Assembly (NCBI GenBank): GCA_030832085.1
Contig: JAURJU010000030.1
Span: forward strand, 20,309 to 84,308
Source: Chitinophagales bacterium
GTDB taxonomy: Bacteria > Bacteroidota > Bacteroidia > Chitinophagales > Chitinophagaceae
Direction: 5' to 3'
Length of the DNA stretch: 64,000 nt
Shown here: piece after piece, positions 8,843-18,643 of the stretch
Position numbering within the stretch: position 1 is the first letter of the stretch
Layout: every line of letters starts with the position of its first letter
The notes under the pieces: model-generated
What the model was told of the DNA's origin: nothing
The model's database searches: none
Seen by the model: only the letters and a program-made list of their open reading frames with translations
Program-made: the position numbers and the translations under genes

Positions 8843-10417
8843 TCACATCTTGACAACAGACTTCACCTGCTGCATGACCTGATTCTGGAACCGGATATAG
8901 TAAAGTCCGGCAGGAAGATGCTCCCCGTCAAAATCAATCCTGAAAGTGCCAGGATCAAACTCGCGATCGATCAAAATCTTGACCAGCCGCCCGGAAGCGT
9001 CCATGACCTGGATCATGATATGGCCTCCTGCAGATTTGAACTGAATGGTGATTTTCTTGTGGAATGGATTGGGATAGAGCACAATCAACTGATCAGGATT
9101 TCCTACGGGCTTCATGATGGAACAGGTTCCCAGCTTGGTCAAAGGAAGTTCCTGGAAGTTTTTCAACATCACATTGTTGAGCATTGTTGAATCCACACAC
9201 AGCCAATTTGACAGAATGCTTGCATACACACTCCTGAAATCATATTGATAAGGCACATTGTCGCCAACTGTTGCATTGGCTGGCAAGATGGGGGTAGTTC
9301 CGGATACCCCTGCCTGTACTCTTGCCCCAAATACAAATAGCGGTGCTGCTGCACCATGGTCAGTTCCACTTGAACCATTGCTGAGAATGCGCCTGCCAAA
9401 CTCAGAATAGGTCATGCCAATCACCCTATCTTCAACACCCTGGAATTTCAAATCATCCATGAAAGCCTTGATGGCATTGCTTACATTTCCCAACAATGTG
9501 GCATGGTATCCAATTGAAGTATCCCCGGCAACCGTTTGATTGGAATGGGTATCAAAACCACCATAATTGACCATGTAAATTTTCGTCTTCAAACCGCCCT
9601 TGATCAGCCTTGAAACAATCTTGAGCTGATCAGCCAAAGAGTTGCCTGTTGGATAAGGCGATTGGGTCGTCACTTTTGAATTGGCCAATTTGATGACATC
9701 CCCAAACTTCTGTGTTTGTTTGGCCATCTCCCTGACAAAGGTCAGTTCCTTTCCAGCATAGGTATTGGGAGCCGTATCAATCTGGTTGTTGACAAAGCTG
9801 TAGAATGAACTTGGGTTGGAAATGCTCATTCCCATTGGCTGAGCAGGACCCTGAAGCGTCAGTGAAGTTACCGAACCAATCTGAATGGCAAGCGGATCGG
9901 TCATGTTGCTGTTGGGATAACCAATGGGAAATCCAGGGTACATTTCATCAAGGAAACGCCCCAGCCAACCTGTGTTCAACACCTGTTTGCTATCGGATGC
10001 ACTCATCCAAATATCAGTAGCCCTGAAATGGGAAAAATTGGGTTGTGCATATCCCACAGACTGCACAACATGCAACTTGCCGTCATTGTACAGCTGCTGC
10101 AATCCTGTCATTGCGGGATGTAAACCTACATTTTCAATTCCGTTCAACCGCAATACCTTGGATTCTTCAATAAAGATGTTTTTCCTTGCATTGGCATATT
10201 TTCCAAACTGATCCAACGGAATCACGGTGTTCAAACCATCATTACCGCCATTCAATTGAATGACAACAAATACCCTGTCATTGTCTCCTCCCGGCAACAG
10301 CAAGTTGTTCAGGAATGTATGGCCGGATTCAAATGCCTTGAAACCCATCCCGTTGACAAAGGATGGCACCATTACACCTGCAGGCAGGTATCCATTTAAG
10401 AATTTTCTTCTGTTCAT
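8843..10417 (-). CDS. DUF1501 family protein with Tat-like N-terminus and C-terminal T9SS type A sorting domain
   Basis: MNRRKFL; QLNGGNDGLNT, PNFSHFRA, GGFDTH, SEFGRR, GTDHG; C-terminal LYPNPF...MDASGRLV...LPAGLYYIRF...VVKM. Confidence 0.85.
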   Translation of the reverse strand: MNRRKFLNGYLPAGVMVPSFVNGMGFKAFESGHTFLNNLLLPGGDNDRVFVVIQLNGGNDGLNTVIPLDQFGKYANARKNIFIEESKVLRLNGIENVGLHPAMTGLQQLYNDGKLHVVQSVGYAQPNFSHFRATDIWMSASDSKQVLNTGWLGRFLDEMYPGFPIGYPNSNMTDPLAIQIGSVTSLTLQGPAQPMGMSISNPSSFYSFVNNQIDTAPNTYAGKELTFVREMAKQTQKFGDVIKLANSKVTTQSPYPTGNSLADQLKIVSRLIKGGLKTKIYMVNYGGFDTHSNQTVAGDTSIGYHATLLGNVSNAIKAFMDDLKFQGVEDRVIGMTYSEFGRRILSNGSSGTDHGAAAPLFVFGARVQAGVSGTTPILPANATVGDNVPYQYDFRSVYASILSNWLCVDSTMLNNVMLKNFQELPLTKLGTCSIMKPVGNPDQLIVLYPNPFHKKITIQFKSAGGHIMIQVMDASGRLVKILIDREFDPGTFRIDFDGEHLPAGLYYIRFQNQVMQQVKSVVKM

Positions 10418-10427
10418 GTTGTTCGGA

Positions 10428-12044
10428 TTAACACAGTTGATACTCTGGGAGATCAACCATGTATTTGATCAAATTGGTGATGGCAGTTGTAACATATTTT
10501 GTGTTGGCTGCATTGGTTGGTGTGGAAATAAACAGGTCCCACGCAGCAGCCCAATACAGGTCATCCGACTGACCTGACAACAGGATATCCTTTTTCAATT
10601 GGGCCTTGTGTGAAGCTGAAATCGGAATACCCAAAATATGGGCGGACAAGTCGTCAATCAATTTGTTGGGATCATTGGGTGCTGCCATCTTTTTCACATA
10701 TGCCAATCCATCAACCACCACCTTGAATCCACTTATAGTGTAACCACTGGTGACCAGTGCATCCAGGTATTGGATTCTCTTGGGCAAGGTGTCCGTATTG
10801 ATCCAATATTCATAATACCCTGGTTCCTGGTAATATGCCTTCCATCCGCTGACATCAGGAGGATCCCCAAGGTTTTGCTGGAGATTCGTAAAATAACTGA
10901 GCATTTGGTTCCAAAGGCCATAATTGGTGGCGTACATGTCCTCAGTTGGAAACTTCACGTCAAACTCCCGCAACAAGCCAATCATCATTGTAACCGGGCT
11001 TTTGATCTGACAGCCCCTGTTCATCGCATCAAAAAAATGATCGCTTCCCAGCAAGGCATTCAAAACAGGCTTGACATCAAAATTGTTATCCCGCATGATT
11101 TTGGCCAGTGGAACAATGATGTTGGATTCCACTTCTGGAGTAATCTTGTAATAGACAAACCAGATGTATAACTTTCTGCAAAGAAATAGCGCTGCCTCGC
11201 TATTGGCAAACAGCATGTTTATAAATTCATCCAATTCGATATCACCGCCTGTTGCACCTGTTTTGCCTGCAATCACTTTGTTGCCATAAAAAGCAGAAAA
11301 TTGCTTGTTGGTAACATCGTGTCGAGTTGCATCAAAATAGGACTCCATCTTGTTCGAATCGTTTCTCCATCCGGTCAGCAATTTTGCAGCGGCCTTTACA
11401 TCGGCCTCTGAAAAATCGGCACCCACACCTTTCCCGATAACAAACAGTTCTTGAATTTCACGAGCATAGTTCTCGTCAGGAGCAAATTTATTGTTGTTCT
11501 GTCCATTGAGGTAGACCAACATGGAAGGATCAACTGATATGGCCCTGACCAAAGATTTGATGTTGCCAAGTGCATTGGCCCTTATGAGCGCATGGTGCTT
11601 ATAAACAAATTGGGCATTGCCAATGTCATTTGTTTCTGTAGAGAAATGGTTGTGCCAAAAAATGCACATGTTTTCTCGAATTGTACGGTCCTGGTTGATC
11701 AGGTTTCCTACCCACCATTTCTTGAAAGATGCCCTTCGGTATGAAGCTATTGTTCCATCGTTGTTGGGATCGTTCACCCAGGTTTCTCCCGGACCAATCA
11801 AAGTATCTGGCATCGCGGCATTGCCAACAGCATATTCTTTTACGGGAGGGGCTGGCAGCGGAAGACTGGTGTCCAAGATCTGGTCAATGGCCTTTGCCCT
11901 GCCCAAGCCTGCAAAGTAGCTGATGTCATCTTTTTTTGCACCAAACATGGTTCGGCGCAAAAGATGCTTGACCACTTCATTGTCCCATGGCCCGGTGTAA
12001 GGATTCAGGCTCGGAGGTGCTTGAAATTTCCTTTCTGTAGACAT
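10428..12044 (-). CDS. DUF1800 family protein
   Basis: HLLRRTMFG, FWHNHFS, PDENYAREIQELF, AAKLLTGW, QIKSP, PPDVSGWKAY. Directly upstream of DUF1501, the usual pairing. Confidence 0.85.
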   Translation of the reverse strand: MSTERKFQAPPSLNPYTGPWDNEVVKHLLRRTMFGAKKDDISYFAGLGRAKAIDQILDTSLPLPAPPVKEYAVGNAAMPDTLIGPGETWVNDPNNDGTIASYRRASFKKWWVGNLINQDRTIRENMCIFWHNHFSTETNDIGNAQFVYKHHALIRANALGNIKSLVRAISVDPSMLVYLNGQNNNKFAPDENYAREIQELFVIGKGVGADFSEADVKAAAKLLTGWRNDSNKMESYFDATRHDVTNKQFSAFYGNKVIAGKTGATGGDIELDEFINMLFANSEAALFLCRKLYIWFVYYKITPEVESNIIVPLAKIMRDNNFDVKPVLNALLGSDHFFDAMNRGCQIKSPVTMMIGLLREFDVKFPTEDMYATNYGLWNQMLSYFTNLQQNLGDPPDVSGWKAYYQEPGYYEYWINTDTLPKRIQYLDALVTSGYTISGFKVVVDGLAYVKKMAAPNDPNKLIDDLSAHILGIPISASHKAQLKKDILLSGQSDDLYWAAAWDLFISTPTNAANTKYVTTAITNLIKYMVDLPEYQLC

Positions 12045-12065
12045 TATATTGTTTGTATTCGGTAT

Positions 12066-13103
12066 CTAGTTGTACCACACAAGGTCCACATCACTTCCAT
12101 TTTCCGCTGCTCCCAATGCTGAAACAGTTGCATTGCTCATCCTAAGAGCAAGGCCCTCACTCTCCTTCCCTGGAGGCACTGCCCCCAGGACTTTTGCAAA
12201 AATTTCTTTCCTGGTTGACTTTATGATCAACTTTACGACAGTACCAGGAACCACATTGTTCATCAAAACGTAGTATTTTCCATCTTTCCAGCCACTGGTA
12301 CTCTTAAAAACTCCATATGCGGAATTTTCCAGCTTTTGTTGCTGTCCTTCTTTGGATTGCTGGTCAAACAAGGAAGCAAAATATCCCTTGGGATGCATTC
12401 CCTCAGCAGGTTGTTGCGTTTGCGGCCTTGTTTTGGTCTCCGTCGAAACAACTGACTGCTGTTCCTCTACCACCTTGACTGGTGCAGCAGAAGGTTTGAG
12501 AACGGGTATATCGGCTGCTGCAACCGTCACTGCTGGAGTTGCAGGCTTTGATTGCTTGGGTTTTTCTGTATCCGCAAACTCCTTTTGTGAATTGTTTGTG
12601 GCAACGGCTATTGAAGCAACTGCTTTTTCGTTTGGCTGAACGGGTATTGCTGTTGCTACAGGTGATTTGGGCAACAGGAATCCAACAGTCAACGAAGCAC
12701 CAACATTGATCTGATCGGTTTTGAGGCCATTCCATTTTTTCAACAGTTCCTTGTCTACACGATAAAGGTTTGAAACTTTGAGCAAACCTTCTTTTTGCTG
12801 CACCACATGAATCACCCGGGCCCCTGCATTGGGCACATTGGCCACTTGTGAGAAATTTTCATCTTTCAGTGGAATCTTCAACACCTGACCTATTCCCAAG
12901 CCTTTGTCCATGGACAGCTGATTAAAAGCAGCTATATCCTTTGGGCTGATAAAATAAATTCTTCCCACACTGTACCAGTTTTCCTTGGGGGCAACCTTGT
13001 GGTCCACATAAAGTTGATTGTCAGACTGGTGAACAATCAGTTTTTGTTGCGCATGGCTGTTTGTTATAAGAAATGCTAAAAATGCGATGATGACTGGTTT
13101 CAT
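12066..13103 (-). CDS. Secreted LysM-domain protein with C-terminal RlpA/DPBB-like domain
   Basis: Signal peptide, two LysM repeats (HKVAPKENWYSVGR...LGIGQVLKIP; HVVQQKEGLLKVS...INVGASL), Ala/Pro linker, C-terminal PGTVVK...FAKVLG...LRMSNAT..ALG. Confidence 0.75.
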   Translation of the reverse strand: MKPVIIAFLAFLITNSHAQQKLIVHQSDNQLYVDHKVAPKENWYSVGRIYFISPKDIAAFNQLSMDKGLGIGQVLKIPLKDENFSQVANVPNAGARVIHVVQQKEGLLKVSNLYRVDKELLKKWNGLKTDQINVGASLTVGFLLPKSPVATAIPVQPNEKAVASIAVATNNSQKEFADTEKPKQSKPATPAVTVAAADIPVLKPSAAPVKVVEEQQSVVSTETKTRPQTQQPAEGMHPKGYFASLFDQQSKEGQQQKLENSAYGVFKSTSGWKDGKYYVLMNNVVPGTVVKLIIKSTRKEIFAKVLGAVPPGKESEGLALRMSNATVSALGAAENGSDVDLVWYN

Positions 13104-13197
13104 GCCAATTGGTTACACTACAAATTAAAATTATATTTCCTAAAACTGCAAGCAGGACCTGTGGAAATTGAATGTAAACTGAAATTTTAACATTTGA

Positions 13198-14562
13198 TCA
13201 ATTGCGCATCATGATTCTCCATGACATGGGGTAATGGTTTTTAACCCTCCCCTGAACAATCTTTGCCCAACCCAAACCAATTGCGTTATAGGTGACCAAG
13301 CGCCAACCATTGCCTAGCCCATCAACCTCAACATTGTCTCTTCTTAAAAACGAAATGGCGTCTTGCATGTCAAGCACCAGGGTTGGAATGTTTTCAGAAA
13401 GAATAAAAGACATGGCAAGCTCGTGGTCTGGAACAAGATCAGTCCGGATTTCTGCGCCCAGTCTTAGGCCGGACTTTCTCATCCTCAATGCATCCTTTAG
13501 TTGAATCAATGATGAAATGTTTATTTCATCTACAGCAAAAAGCTCATTTTCCTTTTTAAAAAACTGCAAATTATTTGAGGGAATGATCCAATCTTGCAAT
13601 ACCATTGGCGCTTTGATCAATTCCAACTTGCCCAATCCAGCATTGTGCAGCCCTGTTGTCTCTCCGGTTTTTCTGAGCAGTGCACAAAAAAATCCTTCGC
13701 CAAGGAGCTTATCTGGATAAAAGCGGTATCCATTTGCCTTGCCAACACCAGAAACACTATGGACAATATTCCAATCTGCCGGTATATGGATGGAGACAGA
13801 CTCAAACATGCCGGACTGGAGGATATAATCCAAATTGTCCTCATTTTCTTCCTTCGAATAAGAACAGGTAGAATACAAGAGGTACCCGCCCTCTTTGACA
13901 GATTGCATTGCACTTGCAAGAATTCTTTTTTGCCTGGCGGCACAAAAGCTTACCAATCCTGGATTCCACTCGTCCATTGCGTCACTGTCTTTTCTGAACA
14001 ACCCACTTCCGCTGCAGGGGGCATCTACCAAAACCAGGTCAAAAAAACCAGCCAATTTTTCAAAGTCCACAGGATCGTTGTTCGAGACAAACACATGGTC
14101 AGCGCCCCACTTGATGACATTTTCCTGCAATACCGGGGTGCGTGTTTGTATGATTTCATTTGCCAGCACCATTCTGAACTGAGGCATTGATGACAAGAGG
14201 GTTGTCTTGCCACCAGGTGCGGCGCATAGATCCAGTGCCAATAAGCCTTCTGCATCCTTCATCAGATCCGAAATCGCATGATGAATGAACATGCTGGATG
14301 CTTCCTGCACATAATAGGCACCTGCATGAAAAAGCGGATCCAATGTGAATTTGGGACGGCTTTTAAGATAGTATGCATTTTCGCACCAAGGCACTGCATC
14401 GCTTAGAATTCCACCCGGAAAAATATCCAATGGGCTTGTCTTTTTTTTGGGATTGAGCCGAACAGAAACTGGGGAACCCTGTTGGTGGGCTGCAACCATT
14501 TCTTCCCTGAGAAATCCCGGACATCCTTCCAACGCCTGTAAAAATTCCTCCTTGAGTAACAT
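13198..14562 (-). CDS. RsmB/NOP (RsmF-like) RNA m5C methyltransferase
   Basis: YYVQEASSM, LDLCAAPGGKT, LVDAPCSGSG, YSTCS, C-terminal PUA-like region (KNHYP..WR). Confidence 0.88.
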   Translation of the reverse strand: MLLKEEFLQALEGCPGFLREEMVAAHQQGSPVSVRLNPKKKTSPLDIFPGGILSDAVPWCENAYYLKSRPKFTLDPLFHAGAYYVQEASSMFIHHAISDLMKDAEGLLALDLCAAPGGKTTLLSSMPQFRMVLANEIIQTRTPVLQENVIKWGADHVFVSNNDPVDFEKLAGFFDLVLVDAPCSGSGLFRKDSDAMDEWNPGLVSFCAARQKRILASAMQSVKEGGYLLYSTCSYSKEENEDNLDYILQSGMFESVSIHIPADWNIVHSVSGVGKANGYRFYPDKLLGEGFFCALLRKTGETTGLHNAGLGKLELIKAPMVLQDWIIPSNNLQFFKKENELFAVDEINISSLIQLKDALRMRKSGLRLGAEIRTDLVPDHELAMSFILSENIPTLVLDMQDAISFLRRDNVEVDGLGNGWRLVTYNAIGLGWAKIVQGRVKNHYPMSWRIMMRN

Positions 14563-16787
14563 CAGTTGAAAATGGCCAGTGCGGCCTTTATGGTTGCATC
14601 AAACTCCATCAGTGTATTGGCAAGTATGACGATTCGATCTTGTGCTTCTTTCCAATTGGATTCTTCAATTCCCTCCCTGATTCCAGGAAGTGTTTTGACG
14701 CCATAGCCTGTGTAAAAACCGGGAGCGTAAATCTGGTGCTTGTACCAGGGTCTTCGGGGCAGCCCTTTTTCATACAGCAACTTTTGCTCGGCCTTGTACA
14801 GCATCCCATTCAGGCTTGCCAATTTTGATGCATCCAAAACTGCTGCACCAGATAAAGCCATCTTGAGCGATGCTGTATTTTTTTTGAGTAAAGCCATGGC
14901 GTTTTCAACGGAACTGAAGTCCAGGAAAGGCACTACAGGCTTTATTTTGGGAAAAGCAAACCCCAGTACAGGATCAGCAGCCAACTGGTAGACCTTATCA
15001 TTGATCAGCTTGTTTTCCATTTCTGCATCGCTGCGGAGCTGTTCCAACACCTGTTTCAATTCTGCTAGATAATCTGAGATGGTATTTGTCAGGATGTTGT
15101 AATCAAACGGCAGAACATCGGCATTTGCAAGCCTCAGCATCGAGCGTCCTGCAGTTTTTGCCAGTGCAGTACCATACTTGAAGCCTGGATCCTTGAAGCG
15201 GGTAAAATGATCGTATGAGTCATAGACTGAATGGTATTCGCCGCCACTACCCTCACCTCCAAAACCAATGTTGGCAGAAGGAATACCCAGGTGCTGGAAA
15301 AAGGGTGAGTAATCTGACCCCGCACCCAGAGCGCTGATTTTCATATAACGGCTCCCCAATATTTTTGCTTTTGCACTCCTGTCTGCAGTGGCAAGCGTCT
15401 TGGCATATTTTCTTTCCAAGACACTCACACCTGTCTGGGGATCTTTAACATCTGCTGCTACTTCATTGAAAAAATTTTCCAATGCATGCGATCCGCCAAT
15501 CCCTAAAAAACCGCGGCTGTTTCCGTCTGAGTTGAGATAAGCAACAGTCTTTTGCTGCAACTCCTCCGCATGGTCTTCCACCCATTCGGTAGAACCCAAC
15601 AATGCTGGCTCCTCGCCATCCCAGGCACAGAAAACAAGCGTGCGTCTGGGTCGGAATCCTTTTTGGGCCAAAGCTCCAATAACCCTTGCTTCTTCCATTT
15701 CTGCCACCATCCCACTGAGCGGGTCGGCTGCACCCATGTTCCATCCGTCATGGTGGTTGCCGCGAATCACCCATTGGTCAGGAAAATCTGTTCCCCTCAT
15801 TTTTGCTATGACATTGTAAAGTGGCTTGATGTCCCAGTTGAATTCAAGATGCAGCCTGACCTTGGCAGCACTGGGTCCAGTATGGTAGGTAAGCGGCAAA
15901 CCACCTCTCCAGCCTTCAGGAACGACTGGCCCCTGGAGCGATTGCAGCAAGGGCAATGCATCCTCATATGAAATCGGCAATACGGGAATTTTCATGATGG
16001 TGATGATGTTCTCCCGGCTCAACCTTTTCGCATCGGCCTTTGAACCATAGCCAGGTGTTGTTGGATCACCAGGATAAACCGGCATATCCATCACAGAACC
16101 CCTCTGCACACCCTGGCCAGGACGGTATGGACCTTTGGGATAGACATCTCCAGCGACATATCCATCGTCCATGGGATCTGAATAAATAATGCAGCCAATG
16201 GCCCCATGCTCCGCAGCTACCTTTGGCTTGATTCCTCTCCATGATCCGCCATATTTTGCCAGTACGATTTTACCCTTTACACTGACCCCCATCCGCTCCA
16301 GCTCATCATAGTCTGCCGGGATGCCCCTGTTCACAAAAACAAGTTCAGCAGTAACATCGCCGTCGGCAGAATAAGCATTGTAGGTGGGAAGTTGCTCATT
16401 TTTTATTCCTGAAGTCTTGTCCTCTGCCATGGCAGGCTCTTCGAGTTTTGCTTTGTACGGTTTGTTGCCCAAAAGTTCCAGGGAACGAAATTTTGGTGTT
16501 GGAAAAAGAACATGGTATTCGGCGAGTTCGGTTTCATATCCCCATTGGCGAAACAAAGCAGCCATGTAATCGGCATTGGCCTTGCCCTTTGCGGAACCGA
16601 TATGATGTGGACCGGAAGAAAGAAACTTCAGCCACTGGTCTTGGTTGGACTCACTGATCATGGCATCTAATTGTTTTTCCATGTCCAACTGCCTTGCAGC
16701 ATTGGCACTGAAAAAACCCGTAATCTTTTGCTGGGAAAAGGATAAATGCGTGGACAACAAGAGCCACAAAAGGAAACTAAAACGCAT
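14562..16787 (-). CDS. M28 family peptidase, glutamate carboxypeptidase II-like (PA and TfR dimerisation domains)
   Basis: Signal peptide, GNHHDGW, GAADPLSG, WDGEE, GAGSDY, YHSVYD, PWYKHQIYAPG. Confidence 0.88.
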   Translation of the reverse strand: MRFSFLLWLLLSTHLSFSQQKITGFFSANAARQLDMEKQLDAMISESNQDQWLKFLSSGPHHIGSAKGKANADYMAALFRQWGYETELAEYHVLFPTPKFRSLELLGNKPYKAKLEEPAMAEDKTSGIKNEQLPTYNAYSADGDVTAELVFVNRGIPADYDELERMGVSVKGKIVLAKYGGSWRGIKPKVAAEHGAIGCIIYSDPMDDGYVAGDVYPKGPYRPGQGVQRGSVMDMPVYPGDPTTPGYGSKADAKRLSRENIITIMKIPVLPISYEDALPLLQSLQGPVVPEGWRGGLPLTYHTGPSAAKVRLHLEFNWDIKPLYNVIAKMRGTDFPDQWVIRGNHHDGWNMGAADPLSGMVAEMEEARVIGALAQKGFRPRRTLVFCAWDGEEPALLGSTEWVEDHAEELQQKTVAYLNSDGNSRGFLGIGGSHALENFFNEVAADVKDPQTGVSVLERKYAKTLATADRSAKAKILGSRYMKISALGAGSDYSPFFQHLGIPSANIGFGGEGSGGEYHSVYDSYDHFTRFKDPGFKYGTALAKTAGRSMLRLANADVLPFDYNILTNTISDYLAELKQVLEQLRSDAEMENKLINDKVYQLAADPVLGFAFPKIKPVVPFLDFSSVENAMALLKKNTASLKMALSGAAVLDASKLASLNGMLYKAEQKLLYEKGLPRRPWYKHQIYAPGFYTGYGVKTLPGIREGIEESNWKEAQDRIVILANTLMEFDATIKAALAIFN

Positions 16788-16849
16788 AGCAGAATTTTTA
16801 TTGCATGAAATTAAGCAATCAATTCCTGATATTGTGGCGTTAAAAAAGA

Positions 16850-18289
16850 TCAGATGCTGCGTATTTCAGCAAGCAGGTCTTGCAGGGCTTTTTTCGCATC
16901 ACCGAAGAGCATCGATGTCTTTGGTTGAAAGAAGAGCTGGTTTTCAATACCTGCATATCCTGGCTTCATGCTGCGCTTGTTCACTATAACATGTTTGGCC
17001 TGTTCAACCTCAAGAATGGGCATTCCATAAATAGGTGATGATGGATCTGATTTTGCTGCAGGATTGACAACGTCGTTGGCGCCCAAAATCAATACTACGT
17101 CGGAAGTCTTGAATTCTTCATTGGCCACCTCCATTTCAAGCAGTTTTTCATAACTCACATCAGCCTCGGCCAGCAATACGTTCATGTGCCCTGGCATTCT
17201 TCCTGCTACAGGATGAATCGCATACTTGACTTCAACGCCTTTGGCTTCCAATGCCTTTTCCAACTCATGACAAATGTGTTGTGCCTGGGCAACGGCAAGC
17301 CCATAACCCGGTACAATCATGACCTTGTTGGCATAACCCATTACAACAGCTGCATCACTGAGTGAAATTTCTTTATATGTTCCGCCCTGTGGACCGGCAC
17401 CAGCTGCAGCGTTACCACCACCAAAAGAGCCAATCAACACATTGCTCAAAGACCTGTTCATTGCTTTGCACATCAACATTGTCAATAGGGTGCCTGCTGC
17501 TCCTACCAGAATTCCACCCGTCAGCATTACTTTGTTGTCGTACAAGAAACCGCCACAGGCAGCAGCCACGCCAGTAAAGGAGTTGAGCAGGGATATCACC
17601 ACAGGCATGTCTGCGCCACCAATGGGTAACACAAAAAACAGACCATACAGCAACGAGAGTACAATGATGGCATAAAAGAAGAGGGGGGTTTCTTCAGGCC
17701 TTGCTACAATGACAAATGTCGCTATGGCCAAATTGAGCACAAGGATAACCAGGTTGATGATGTGTTGGCCTGGGAATGCAAAATCCTTCAGCTTTCCATT
17801 CAACTTGCCCCATGCAACCATGCTTCCAGAAAACGAAACTGATCCAATGATCAATCCAAGGAAGATGATGAGCATTGTGGTTCCGTCAAGGCTTGAGAAA
17901 TAGGATGACCCATTGCTGGCATACGTAGCAGCGTCATATCCATGCATCAAATGCCTGAATTCTATGACGGAGATCAACGCGGCACAGGCACCTCCCATTC
18001 CATTGAAAAGGCTTACCATTTCTGGCATGGCAGTCATCTGCACCCGCTTTGCCATCAATGTTCCAATCACGGATCCAATAACAAGGGCGGAGAAGATCCA
18101 GCCATAGTTGCCCAACTTCACTCCACCTTCCTCATAGAGAAAAATCGTACCCAGGATGGCAATCGCCATACCGGCTGCAGCAACAAGATTTCCCTTTCTT
18201 GCAGTTGCGGGATTGGAAAGCATTTTCAAACCGAGAATGAATGTTACGGAGCCAATCAAATAGCAAAACACCAATATATTGAATTCCAT
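16850..18289 (-). CDS. pntB: NAD(P) transhydrogenase beta subunit
   Basis: MTAMPEMVSLFNGMGG, GGADMPVVISLLNS, VPGYGLAVAQAQH, HPVAGRMPGHMNVLLAEA, GANDVVNPAA. Confidence 0.96.
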   Translation of the reverse strand: MEFNILVFCYLIGSVTFILGLKMLSNPATARKGNLVAAAGMAIAILGTIFLYEEGGVKLGNYGWIFSALVIGSVIGTLMAKRVQMTAMPEMVSLFNGMGGACAALISVIEFRHLMHGYDAATYASNGSSYFSSLDGTTMLIIFLGLIIGSVSFSGSMVAWGKLNGKLKDFAFPGQHIINLVILVLNLAIATFVIVARPEETPLFFYAIIVLSLLYGLFFVLPIGGADMPVVISLLNSFTGVAAACGGFLYDNKVMLTGGILVGAAGTLLTMLMCKAMNRSLSNVLIGSFGGGNAAAGAGPQGGTYKEISLSDAAVVMGYANKVMIVPGYGLAVAQAQHICHELEKALEAKGVEVKYAIHPVAGRMPGHMNVLLAEADVSYEKLLEMEVANEEFKTSDVVLILGANDVVNPAAKSDPSSPIYGMPILEVEQAKHVIVNKRSMKPGYAGIENQLFFQPKTSMLFGDAKKALQDLLAEIRSI

Positions 18290-18310
18290 CAGTACCTGAT
18301 TTATGCGTAA

Positions 18311-18619
18311 TTATTTTTTCTTTTTAAACATTTCGAGCATTCTGTCTGTGACGACAAATCCACCAACTACATTCAAAGTGCCAAGGATGACAGCCAGGAA
18401 ACCAAGTACCAACGCGGGAACATTTCCCTCTTCGGCTTTTCCCATTACAATGATGGCCCCGATGATGACAACACCATGAATGGCGTTGGCACCACTCATG
18501 AGTGGAGTATGCAGCACACTGGGCACTTTGCCGATGATCTCAATTCCGACAAAGATCATCAGGACAACGATGTAAGCCATTTCTTGGTGTGCAGCAATCC
18601 AATGCAAGATCTGATCCAT
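18311..18619 (-). CDS. pntA: NAD(P) transhydrogenase alpha subunit part 2 (membrane)
   Basis: VPSVLHTPLMSGANAIHG, NVVGGFVVTDRMLEMF. Confidence 0.93.
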   Translation of the reverse strand: MDQILHWIAAHQEMAYIVVLMIFVGIEIIGKVPSVLHTPLMSGANAIHGVVIIGAIIVMGKAEEGNVPALVLGFLAVILGTLNVVGGFVVTDRMLEMFKKKK

Positions 18620-18643
18620 TTTGAAGTGATTTTATGTTAAGTA

